A stretch of DNA of 30,277 bases from a virus (IMGVR_UViG_3300045988_019835:1-30277), one strand, 5' to 3'. Positions 17,071-25,202 are shown, counted from the first letter of the stretch. Program-made: numbers and translations. Notes: generated from the sequence alone by a model not told the origin.

Positions 17071-17451
17071 TCATTTGTCCTTTACGGCCTTCGCCAACTC
17101 CTCGGCCAGCTTGGCATCCCCGACCTGAATCACGAAGCTCGGGGCGGTCACCTGCGCCTGCTTCAACTCGTCAAGGAGCGTTGCTATGAACTCCGCCGCC
17201 CGGGTGTCTGACTTGTCTATGGCCTGCTTGTACTGCGAGGCCACGACCGCCGCCAGGTAGGGAACCTCCTGCTCGGTGCCGTCCTTGTTGACGATCGTTG
17301 TCTTCATGGCCGCGAGTTCCCGGGCGTATTCGCGCATGGTCTTCAACTCGCGCAATGCCTTCTGTGACGCCTTGCCTCCCTTGCTGGAAAGCCTGCGATG
17401 CTCCTCCGGCGGCAGCTTCGATATGTCTCGCAGATTCTTATTCGTTGCCAT
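17071..17451 (-). CDS. Putative terminase small subunit
   Basis: 126-aa ORF immediately upstream of terL with a 1-nt gap. Basic N-terminus (HRRLSSKGGKASQKA). The assignment is mainly positional. Confidence 0.4.
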   Translation of the reverse strand: MATNKNLRDISKLPPEEHRRLSSKGGKASQKALRELKTMREYARELAAMKTTIVNKDGTEQEVPYLAAVVASQYKQAIDKSDTRAAEFIATLLDELKQAQVTAPSFVIQVGDAKLAEELAKAVKDK

Positions 17452-17776
17452 GACCGTTTATTTTGGAGGTGAGGAAATCAAAGAATGCGTCGGCCGCATC
17501 CTGCAGGAACTGGATGGCCCGATGGATGCGGGTCGACATGGCCGATAGAACCGCCACCCACGTGAGAGTGGGAAGCGAGAATTCTCCGACGGCTATGATG
17601 TAGATGATGCCCGTCCACCAGATCATGCAGAGCGAGCAGTCGAAAGGGCGAATTCTGGATACCTTGGCTCCGAGCCATCGGGATAATGCGCCCTTGATGC
17701 TTTCCATTACGCCACTGACATCAATGATATAGACGATGACAACGGCGAGGAGGAGAAGGTCAAAATATGGTCTCAT
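17438..17776 (-). CDS. Multi-pass membrane protein, unknown function
   Basis: 112 aa with about three hydrophobic segments (LLLLAVVIVYIIDV; CMIWWTGIIYIIAV; LTWVAVLSAM). ATGA overlap with the upstream gene. Confidence 0.6.
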   Translation of the reverse strand: MRPYFDLLLLAVVIVYIIDVSGVMESIKGALSRWLGAKVSRIRPFDCSLCMIWWTGIIYIIAVGEFSLPTLTWVAVLSAMSTRIHRAIQFLQDAADAFFDFLTSKINGHGNE

Positions 17777-18036
17777 TTCATGCTCTTTTTAAGTTTGCGA
17801 CGAATTTCGGATACTCGGTTCTGCACCGTCGACTTACTGACACCGAGAGTCTGCGACAACTTGCGGACACTCCCCGTTTCGGCATACAGGATGAAGAGAC
17901 GACGGTCGGCGTCTGACAACCTCCGGAGCGCCGCCTTGCAACGGCGTACGCGGGCGTCGTCCTCATCGAACACCCCCTTGCTGGCCGTGTACTCCTCATC
18001 GAGGAGCCGCAGCCGGATGTGGCGATCGTCATTCAT
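17773..18036 (-). CDS. Sigma-70 region-4-like HTH protein (C-terminal half of a split ECF-type sigma)
   Basis: RRLSDADRRLFILYAETGSVRKLSQTLGVSKSTVQNRVSEIRRKLKK fits the region 4.2 pattern L.p..r.vf.L......s..eiA..lg.s.stV..r...ar.kL. Confidence 0.7.
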   Translation of the reverse strand: MNDDRHIRLRLLDEEYTASKGVFDEDDARVRRCKAALRRLSDADRRLFILYAETGSVRKLSQTLGVSKSTVQNRVSEIRRKLKKSMK

Positions 18037-18316
18037 CTTTCAAGATGTCGCTATGCTGGGCGAATCTCCGAATCTGCCGATAATAGGGACTCGTCCGTGA
18101 GAAATATAAATTCTCGATAATTCGTACAATGAAAAAGTTGAGCGCACCCCGTCTATGGATGCGCATCAGCTTCTCTTCGTCGTAGTTGAGCAGGGCCTCG
18201 TAGACCATTTGCACGAGGTCCGGGAGGGAGCGATGGCGGCGGTGGCATACGTTCGCCACCAGCCGTTCGACCAGTCCGTCCCTTGCGATGTTGTCGATAA
18301 GTTCTCGCTTCGTCAT
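18029..18316 (-). CDS. Sigma-70 region-2-like protein (N-terminal half of a split ECF-type sigma)
   Basis: ATG at 18316; the track start at 18478 overlaps the yopX-like gene. PDLVQMVYEALLNYDEEKL...GALNFFIVRIIENLYFSRTSPYYRQIRR fits the region 2 pattern aeDlvQevf..l......f..Wl..ia.N...d..R. Confidence 0.6.
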   Translation of the reverse strand: MTKRELIDNIARDGLVERLVANVCHRRHRSLPDLVQMVYEALLNYDEEKLMRIHRRGALNFFIVRIIENLYFSRTSPYYRQIRRFAQHSDILKDE

Positions 18317-18383
18317 GTTGCAAACCCGTAATAAATCACTATCTTTGTTTTGGCTGGGGTGATCCTTCTGGGTTGCCTCTTTT

Positions 18384-18812
18384 TTATTCTGTTTCGAGCA
18401 GATCCGGATTGTCGTGGATGTTGCCGATGATGTATTTGCTCCACTTATCAATGTGCGATTGACATATATAGCCAACATCCGGATTACCCACTTTAATCGC
18501 CCATGGATTTCCGCCTTTAATTAAGAACAAAGCAAAATATCCTTTTTCGGGACGGAACTCGACGCGATATCTGATTGGACCATCAAAGCTATCGAGGCAC
18601 TCAATAACATCCCCCTCGAAGATCCGCATCCCGTTCTTGTCCTTCACGCCCGTGAACTGGCCGACCGTCTCCGGATCGACTTCGTACTGATTGAATCCTT
18701 TCGGCGCAGGATCGGGGAATATGAACGAATGGCCGCCCATACGCAACAGATCGCCCTCGATCCACTTTCCTGTCTTGATCTCTTTTCCTCGAAACAATAT
18801 CTCCCGTTTCAT
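18384..18812 (-). CDS. YopX family phage protein
   Basis: MKREILFRGKEIKTGKWIEGDL...DVGQFTGVKDKNGMRIFEGDVI...IIGNIHDNPDLLE is the typical YopX layout. Confidence 0.8.
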   Translation of the reverse strand: MKREILFRGKEIKTGKWIEGDLLRMGGHSFIFPDPAPKGFNQYEVDPETVGQFTGVKDKNGMRIFEGDVIECLDSFDGPIRYRVEFRPEKGYFALFLIKGGNPWAIKVGNPDVGYICQSHIDKWSKYIIGNIHDNPDLLETE

Positions 18813-18830
18813 CTCTCTGCTGTTTTAATT

Positions 18831-20531
18831 TTACGATGCTACCCGACCGGTCTCTTGTTCAGAGATTGCTCCGGCCAGCGCCTCGCACATCGCCGTAGCT
18901 ACCTGCGTCACCACGGCGTTGCCGAGGTACTTCTTCTGCTCCTCCTGGGTGCCGACCAGCACGTAGTCGTCACCAAATCCCTGGATGCGCTTCATCTCGG
19001 AGATCCGCAGCATCCGCATGGTTACGTCCACAATACCGTAAAGTGCGCAGAACTCCTTGATGCGTGCCATTGCCGGAGAGTCCTCGGGCAGTACGTTCCA
19101 GACAACGTGTCCCTGCTCGACCGAAACGAGGCAGGGAGGCCGTTTGTCCATCCGGGCAATCAGTGTGAAACACGGCGCATCGACCGAACCTCCGGCCGAC
19201 CGGTATTGCGGATTGAGAAGAAAACGAGCCGATACGATACACTGCCTGGGTGTGGTCAACAGAGCGCCGCAGGGTGCATCGGCCGAAGTGACCTGTCCAC
19301 CGCCCGAATAGCAGTTGGCGAAAAACGGGCGCACGACCTGAAAGCGGTCTTTGGTCGTAAGTGTCGGAGCAGGCCTTTCGACCGAAGAGTTGTATCCGTT
19401 GCCATAGTAGGCCGACACAAAGGCGTGGTGGTCTACCGTCGTAAGGGTCCCGGCCGGACCGTCGACGGAAATATTCTTGCTGCATGGCTCCCCACTGTAC
19501 TGTTTCGACAGGAAATCCACCCGAGCTACACCGAGACGGTTCTGGGTTGCAACGGTCGGGCACGGGTCGTCCACCCCTGGGGCGATGTATCTGCCCGTTT
19601 TGCCGTTGACCGAGTTCCACTTCACCAGAAACGCATCCTGTCCTCCGGCAACAAACTTCACCAACCCGGCGTAAATTCGTTCGAGGGTTGCGGGCACAAG
19701 CGGTTTGCGACGTGAAAAAATCGAATCTCCCCGGTCGTCAAAATCCAACACCTCGCGTACGGCACGCCACGGCTTCATTTTCCGACCGAACAGGTCCTGC
19801 TCTGGGTTGCGTGTGTGCGTCGGAACAGGCCACGCCACCGGAAGTCCGAGACGTGCGAAAAGCCCGAAGTAACGGCTTCTGGAGGTATAAGCTCCAAAAT
19901 CGGCCGAGTTCAGCACCCTGTGCTCGAAACGGTAGCCGCGGGCACACACCTCCTCCACCCATTTGCGGTAGAGGGTTCCCTTCTGTTCGGGATCCGGAAT
20001 CCAGACGGGAGCGACCGTCGTCTGTTTCCGCTTGCGGTCATGCTTGATGTCGAGCGGGCAGCTCTCGGCGCCGGTCTCCGGGTCGCGGACGACCTTCACC
20101 TGAAGCGGACCCCACTCCATGAACTCGACGACGTTCTCAATCTGGATGTAGTCGGGCTGCAGCTCCTCGATGTAGCGGAACAGATGCTCGGCCAGCGTCC
20201 GGCTGTCGGCATCGCGCGACATGCCGCCCTTGGCCCGCGAGTGGTTCGTGCATTCGAGCGACGCCCAGAGCACGACCTTCGCGTCGGGGTTCTTCATGCG
20301 TTCGAGGGTCGTGTGCGCCTTCAGGGGCCCGAGATCGAGCGTGCGGATGTCCTCGGTAAAGTGACGGGTGTGCGGATGGTTGGCCGCGTGCGACAGGATC
20401 GCGTTGGCATCGTGATTCACGCAGGCGATCACCCGGGCGCACTTCCGCCCGTCGAGGCGCGCCCGTTCGACACCCGTCGAGGTACCTCCGGCCCCGCAAA
20501 ACAGATCGATATAAAGAAGTTCGGTTGCCAT
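18831..20531 (-). CDS. DNA (cytosine-5)-methyltransferase
   Basis: ATG at 20531, 1 nt after the dam-like stop. Motif I is DLFCGAGG, the catalytic Cys motif is ASLECTNHS, motif VI is IQIENV, and the C-terminal motif is YLGNAV. It is longer than typical (566 aa). Confidence 0.85.
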   Translation of the reverse strand: MATELLYIDLFCGAGGTSTGVERARLDGRKCARVIACVNHDANAILSHAANHPHTRHFTEDIRTLDLGPLKAHTTLERMKNPDAKVVLWASLECTNHSRAKGGMSRDADSRTLAEHLFRYIEELQPDYIQIENVVEFMEWGPLQVKVVRDPETGAESCPLDIKHDRKRKQTTVAPVWIPDPEQKGTLYRKWVEEVCARGYRFEHRVLNSADFGAYTSRSRYFGLFARLGLPVAWPVPTHTRNPEQDLFGRKMKPWRAVREVLDFDDRGDSIFSRRKPLVPATLERIYAGLVKFVAGGQDAFLVKWNSVNGKTGRYIAPGVDDPCPTVATQNRLGVARVDFLSKQYSGEPCSKNISVDGPAGTLTTVDHHAFVSAYYGNGYNSSVERPAPTLTTKDRFQVVRPFFANCYSGGGQVTSADAPCGALLTTPRQCIVSARFLLNPQYRSAGGSVDAPCFTLIARMDKRPPCLVSVEQGHVVWNVLPEDSPAMARIKEFCALYGIVDVTMRMLRISEMKRIQGFGDDYVLVGTQEEQKKYLGNAVVTQVATAMCEALAGAISEQETGRVAS

Positions 20532-20532
20532 A

Positions 20533-21399
20533 TCAAAAGAGTTTGAGAGTCTGTGCTTGCGGCTCATAATTCATCCATATGCACTCCTGCATCAGAGTGC
20601 CAGATCCATTTACAATGCCGCTCCGGATATTGTTCCGCTTGAACGGGAACTTGACTTTGTGCCAGTCGGCATACAATCGATTGGTTAGTTTACAGTCGTA
20701 GCTGCTGACCATGGCCATCCCCTTGATGTGGTGAAGCCGATCCGCCAATCGTACATGATCCTCCACCGAGAACTCGTAGCGGTAATAATTTCGAGAGTTC
20801 CGGCACTCTTGCGGATACGGAGGGTCGCAGTAGAAGAAGGCCCCAGGGAAGTCGATTCGATCAATCGCTGTCATGTAGTCGCAGTTCATAATTTGGAAAT
20901 TGTTGCGAATCTCTGCAGCGACCTCATACAACTTTTAGACGGCATTTTTCCAGCGGGAAACGCCATCGCCAGCCTGCGCTCTGACCTGCTGCTTCGCCAT
21001 GTGCCAACCTTTCTTTTGCCGTTGCACGCCCAGCCCGAAGAAAGATTGCCGCACGCGAACGTAGAACCGGCGGGCCCTTTCCAAATCAGAGATCTCTGCA
21101 TCCTCTGTTATCCAACTATTGTCGAACTCGGTCTCCGAGTAAGGGGTCAGCCGCAAGGCCCGGACGAGTTCCTCTTCGTGATCGCGGAGCTGCAGGAAGA
21201 AGTTGGTGATTTCGCCGTTAATCTCGTTGGCCGTGCGAATCACGTTCCCGTGGTAATTCAGCGATACGACCATCGACCCGGCAAACAGATCGACCAGATG
21301 CGTAAAGCCCACGGGGAAGTTCGCGTAGAGGTATTCGGTCCACGTGAACTTCCCGCCGAAGTAGTTGAATGCGATCTTTTTATTTCTGTTGCCAGACAT
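20533..21399 (-). pseudogene. dam: D12-class (Dam-like) N6-adenine DNA methyltransferase interrupted by one in-frame TAA (20935..20937)
   Basis: The N-terminal half has NYFGGK and VDLFAGS. The C-terminal half has FFYCDPPY and MVSSY. Both halves are in the same frame. Whether this is a pseudogene, a split enzyme or a readthrough gene is unresolved. Confidence 0.8.
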
Positions 21400-21401
21400 T
21401 T

Positions 21402-21584
21402 TCAAAATTCCATTTTCGGGTTATTCATCTCCTCCATCACCTTGTTCACCCGCTCGATCTCGTCGTCGATCTCCTTCTCCAGCCTCTTGCTGTCGGCAAG
21501 CGCGCGACCCGAACGTGTGCGGAAATACTCCTTCTGCGCCTTGCGCATCCGGCAAACCTTGTCGAAAAACTCTTTGGGGTTCAT
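21402..21584 (-). CDS. Hypothetical small helical protein
   Basis: 60-aa ORF with ATG at 21584 overlapping the upstream TAA by 1 nt (TAATG). Confidence 0.5.
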   Translation of the reverse strand: MNPKEFFDKVCRMRKAQKEYFRTRSGRALADSKRLEKEIDDEIERVNKVMEEMNNPKMEF

Positions 21585-21985
21585 TACTCAAACAGTGATA
21601 GTTGTTGGATAATTCTTACATCCGGGTGGTCAGCTCTGTAAGCCTTGCGCAAAGCCTCCCGAATCCTCTCTCTTTCCGCCTTGGATACGTTGTTTGCGTC
21701 GGCGTGATAGTTATCCCGGAGGAGTGCCTCAACGTCGCCGCAAAAAGGTTTACAGTCGACCGGAATATTGAACTCGGTAAACATCCGATTTGATCGAATG
21801 CCGTCCTTTGCTTCGTCCTCGGTTTGCATTCTGACATATACCGTATCCTGCATCCGCTTGATAAAGAGTTGCGTCCGTTCCTCATTTTGTCTCCTGTTCT
21901 CAAAAATTACGGACAAAGCCTCTTTCTTCCTGGTTTTGTTGATCCGAGTCCATCCATAAAAGACTCTAAATTTCGGAACTCCCAT
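21584..21985 (-). CDS. Hypothetical protein
   Basis: 133-aa ORF with ATG at 21985. No motif recognised. Confidence 0.55.
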   Translation of the reverse strand: MGVPKFRVFYGWTRINKTRKKEALSVIFENRRQNEERTQLFIKRMQDTVYVRMQTEDEAKDGIRSNRMFTEFNIPVDCKPFCGDVEALLRDNYHADANNVSKAERERIREALRKAYRADHPDVRIIQQLSLFE

Positions 21986-22017
21986 ATGTAAGACATTGTT
22001 TGGACATCATCTTTGAA

Positions 22018-22374
22018 TCATAGCTGCAGATAGTTTTTCACCACTGCCACGGCCTCGTCAAAGGTCCGCGCAATGGCGTATTTGTTCCCGACTTTCTCGA
22101 AGGCCTCCTGCCAGCGCCTCTGCGCCGGACTTTGGCGGCTGCTCTTCTCCATCGTCTTGAACTCGATGCCAAGGGCACCATATCCGCCCATCGGCACCAA
22201 GAGCAGGAGATCGGCAGCCCCGGCCGTCACTCCTTCGGCCTTCATGATGGCAGCTTCTTTTCTACGCCGGGCGCCCCCGTTGGGTACGCTTGTCAGGTTC
22301 AGCGCATATTCCGGATACTGCAGCCGGAACCACGTGACAAACGCCTTCTGAATATTCGATTCGATATGTCTCAT
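22018..22374 (-). CDS. VRR-NUC domain nuclease
   Basis: IQKAFVTWF...PNGG...GVTAGAADLLLLVP...LGIEFKT...SPAQRRWQ is the PD-(D/E)XK core arrangement of VRR-NUC. ATG at 22374; position 22377 is GTG. Confidence 0.8.
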   Translation of the reverse strand: MRHIESNIQKAFVTWFRLQYPEYALNLTSVPNGGARRRKEAAIMKAEGVTAGAADLLLLVPMGGYGALGIEFKTMEKSSRQSPAQRRWQEAFEKVGNKYAIARTFDEAVAVVKNYLQL

Positions 22375-22386
22375 CACACGCTCATA

Positions 22387-22704
22387 TTACCGTTCTTCAT
22401 AATCTTCGCAGATATAATCCTGCGATGCTATAAACTTGCGATTCTTCGTACACCATGAATTGTAATCGCAATCCTTATCAGCTTTGAAGTGAATGCAGTT
22501 TTGGCACTCGCGCTTGTCGTCCATCATGTATATGAACGCATCGCAGTCTTCAAAGACATCTGACGGCTTCGCATGATAGCCCTGTTTCGGACACCAGAAG
22601 TCTGGTTCGCCTTCATCTTTCGGAAACCGAACCTTTAATCTCCGACACATCACGCACCACCCTTTGACTGGGCACGGAAAGTATTTTTCGCTAAAGTCTG
22701 CCAT
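22387..22704 (-). CDS. Cys-rich protein with two CxxC...C...C modules (putative zinc ribbon)
   Basis: ATG at 22704 (MADFSEKYF...); the track start at 22728 is TTG. There are 11 Cys in 105 aa. Confidence 0.55.
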   Translation of the reverse strand: MADFSEKYFPCPVKGWCVMCRRLKVRFPKDEGEPDFWCPKQGYHAKPSDVFEDCDAFIYMMDDKRECQNCIHFKADKDCDYNSWCTKNRKFIASQDYICEDYEER

Positions 22705-22724
22705 TTTCGGTCTTTTTTTTAGGT

Positions 22725-22883
22725 TCAAAAAAACAATGTGGGTCCTTGCCCTGACATGAAGTCAAACAATAACATTAACTCGTCGCACTCATTATACGGA
22801 GAAGTCCGATCGTTTCCGAGTTTCACTTCGCATACGCGATCCTTCTCTCGATAGTAGATGCAGTTTTTGCAGATAGGTCTCAT
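22725..22883 (-). CDS. Small Cys-rich protein (52 aa), paralogous to the modules in the next gene
   Basis: Not in the track because it is under 60 aa. My translation is MRPICKNCIYYREKDRVCEVKLGNDRTSPYNECDELMLLFDFMSGQGPTLFF*. The ATG at 22883 is in an ATGA overlap with the DnaC-like gene. Confidence 0.45.
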   Translation of the reverse strand: MRPICKNCIYYREKDRVCEVKLGNDRTSPYNECDELMLLFDFMSGQGPTLFF

Positions 22884-23467
22884 CTTCTTAAACTTTGGCC
22901 GTTGAACGATATGCGGTGGCAGAGGTATTTCACCCGATCAAAGATCCTGTCTCCGTAGCGCTCGCGGATTGCGTCTCCCGAAAGATTCGACGACATGATC
23001 ACCATCGTGTCGGGGTTATCCTGCGCCTTGTTGATCGCCTCGACGACAATATTCCGGCGCGTTCCGTAGTCCACGCGGTCTACCTCTATGCCTACATCGT
23101 CCAGAGAAATCAATTTGCGGCGCAAAATTTCGTCGATAGTGCCCTGATTGCTACCGCAGTCCACCACCGATACGATACGGTGGCAGAAAGCCCGAATCAG
23201 CATCGGGATCGCATATCTCACCAGCAGCGACTTCCCGCGACCGCAACTTCCGAAGAGCAGCAGCCCTTTGCCGTGATTGTCCGAAAGCCACTCAGCTACC
23301 CGATCATATTCAGGGAGCCATACCAGCGTCTCCCCCATCGACGACATCACGACCGTCATTGCCTTCTCCAGCTCCTCACGGGCATTCGGGATAGCGATAC
23401 GCATCCGCTGCGACGGGGTTGGATTACCCTCCACCCGAAGCTGCCGTAATACTTCTGCGTAGTTCAT
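22880..23467 (-). CDS. DnaC / IstB-like AAA+ ATPase (helicase loader-like)
   Basis: Walker A is LLFGSCGRGKS and Walker B is LISLDDVG. About 195 aa, directly downstream of the replication protein. ATG at 23467. Confidence 0.7.
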   Translation of the reverse strand: MNYAEVLRQLRVEGNPTPSQRMRIAIPNAREELEKAMTVVMSSMGETLVWLPEYDRVAEWLSDNHGKGLLLFGSCGRGKSLLVRYAIPMLIRAFCHRIVSVVDCGSNQGTIDEILRRKLISLDDVGIEVDRVDYGTRRNIVVEAINKAQDNPDTMVIMSSNLSGDAIRERYGDRIFDRVKYLCHRISFNGQSLRR

Positions 23468-23469
23468 GG

Positions 23470-24372
23470 TCAAAAATCGTCAAAGTGTTGGTTGTTGTCG
23501 TAGTTCGTCGCCGGATGCCTGGCCGTAGTTCTCGACTTTGGGCTGGCTGCTGGCGCGGGTTGCTGTTCTACCTTCCTCAGCCAGTTGTTGAAGTGCCGTT
23601 TGCAGTCGCCCTTGTCCTTGGCCGTCTCGCCGTTGCTGGCGCAATGCGCCGCGAACTCGTCGATCTTGCGCTTGATGTACTCGGGATCCTTGTGTCTGTT
23701 GATGCAAAGCTGCTCGATCCATGCCGTTTCGGACTTCATCCACGCGGCCAGCTCGCCGATAGGCACCAGCGAGTATGTCCCGGGCGGCACCTGCGGGGGG
23801 ACTTTTTCCGCGCAACCTTTTTCGGGGGTTGCCGAAAAGTCATTTACAGAATCCTCTGAATCGTCCAAATTCTCGCGCGCGGTAGTTGTAGTAGATATTA
23901 TTCTTTTCTTTACTTTACTTTGTGGGGTTTTTGCCGTCAATAATTCAGTTGCGGATGGGTTATTGTCGTCAATAACTCCGGTGCACCCATTTTCTGCTAA
24001 CAGATACTTTGCGTCATGCGGTAATCCGCGTTTGCGGGTTATGGAGAAGAATCGCTTCTGAATGCCTCGACTCGTCAGAACCTTCACCGAGTCAAACAGG
24101 GATTCGTCGAAGAATCCCCACCTGACCAAGCGGTTTACAATTTGGTCGATCAATTCAGGACTCACACCCGGTAGATCACGGAGCAGTTTGTATTTCAGCG
24201 GCTCATTCCACAGTATGAAGTATCCGTTCCGGTATACCGCACAAAGCAGCTTGATGACCGTGATTTCGCCCTTGATCCCAAATTCTCCGGATATGGCTGC
24301 GATCTTTTCATCGGCAAAGAAGTCAACATCCAACGGGAAATAGTCTAATCCTGTCTTGTTGGGTCTTGCCAT
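23470..24372 (-). CDS. DUF4373 (Lin1244/Lin1753-like) domain replication protein
   Basis: N-terminal GLDYFPLDVDFFADEKIAAISGEFGIKGEITVIKLLCAVYRNGYF is the characteristic DUF4373 opening, recalled from memory. Confidence 0.75.
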   Translation of the reverse strand: MARPNKTGLDYFPLDVDFFADEKIAAISGEFGIKGEITVIKLLCAVYRNGYFILWNEPLKYKLLRDLPGVSPELIDQIVNRLVRWGFFDESLFDSVKVLTSRGIQKRFFSITRKRGLPHDAKYLLAENGCTGVIDDNNPSATELLTAKTPQSKVKKRIISTTTTARENLDDSEDSVNDFSATPEKGCAEKVPPQVPPGTYSLVPIGELAAWMKSETAWIEQLCINRHKDPEYIKRKIDEFAAHCASNGETAKDKGDCKRHFNNWLRKVEQQPAPAASPKSRTTARHPATNYDNNQHFDDF

Positions 24373-24373
24373 G

Positions 24374-24637
24374 TCATTTTCGATGTACTTTTCGGTGACA
24401 CTCTTCGCAGAGAGTGATCAGTTTATCCAGGAAGTCAGCCTCCCGGCCCACGATCGACACGCCGTTTTCGTCATAGTATGTCGTGTGATGGACCTCCAAC
24501 GAATAGCTCTTGCCGCAGATCTGGCAGCGGTGGCCGTCGCGGAGTCTCACCCGGCTGCACACCTCCTGCCATTCCTTGTTCTGCAGCTTCTTCACATAGT
24601 TACTCTTCCGTCCCGGACGGTGCTGAAGCCTGCTCAT
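24374..24637 (-). CDS. HNH endonuclease
   Basis: RDGHRCQICG...LEVHHTTYY...LITLCEECHRKVH has the CxxC...HH...CxxCH layout. Confidence 0.85.
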   Translation of the reverse strand: MSRLQHRPGRKSNYVKKLQNKEWQEVCSRVRLRDGHRCQICGKSYSLEVHHTTYYDENGVSIVGREADFLDKLITLCEECHRKVHRK

Positions 24638-25202
24638 ACGTCTCGTTCATGTCGATACCCAGCACTTCGATGAATGCCTGCTTGTTGGTCTCGAGATTGG
24701 CGAAGAGACTCTGCTCGTCCCACGACGGAATCTTGTCAACCCGGCACAACTGGAATTTCCCGTCGATCCAGGCGTAATACAGGTAGTGGCCGCACAGGGC
24801 CATGCGAACCGTTGACTCCCCCGGAAGATCGACCTCCTTCTCGCCCCGTTTGACCTGATAGACCAGATCCCGGATCTGCGTCATGACGGCCTGCAACTTG
24901 TCCTTCGCCTCCTTGATGATGGTCTTGCATTGTGCTTCCACTTCCGCCAGAGCATCTTCCAGTTTCGGCTGCTCGTCCTCCATCAGCTCGGCGTAGTTGG
25001 CCCGGATCGAAGCCCGTTCGTAAGCATCCAGCAGGCGGACAGCCTTGGCACTCGGCATGCTTTCGGCGATGAATTTCCCGGACAGATGCTTGCGGATCTC
25101 GTCCATATTCGTGGCACCCTCGAAGATCACCTTCGGGAATGACGTGTTTTTCGGCAGTTTGAATTCCGGATGTTCCGGAACATAGTTTTTCAAATCGATC
25201 AT
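24600..25202 (-). CDS. Hypothetical protein with central coiled coil (possible recombination partner)
   Basis: ATG at 25202 (MIDLKNYVPEH...). The track start at 25349 lies inside the exonuclease gene, so it was trimmed. Confidence 0.55.
   Translation of the reverse strand: MIDLKNYVPEHPEFKLPKNTSFPKVIFEGATNMDEIRKHLSGKFIAESMPSAKAVRLLDAYERASIRANYAELMEDEQPKLEDALAEVEAQCKTIIKEAKDKLQAVMTQIRDLVYQVKRGEKEVDLPGESTVRMALCGHYLYYAWIDGKFQLCRVDKIPSWDEQSLFANLETNKQAFIEVLGIDMNETYEQASAPSGTEE

Noticed and set aside
20935-20937. Genome-wide reassignment of TAA (an alternative genetic code) as the explanation for the in-frame stop in the dam-like gene
   Set aside because: TAA is the terminator of many well-supported genes here, with stops at 898, 6810, 8014, 10314, 18384, 18831, 24600 and 25223. 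No anticodon UUA tRNA is present. No other gene shows an in-frame stop.
22726-22760. A7 run plus nearby GGG...CCC as a minus-strand terminator
   Set aside because: The stem is only 3 bp and the element lies within or at the end of the 52-aa ORF. It is too weak to call.
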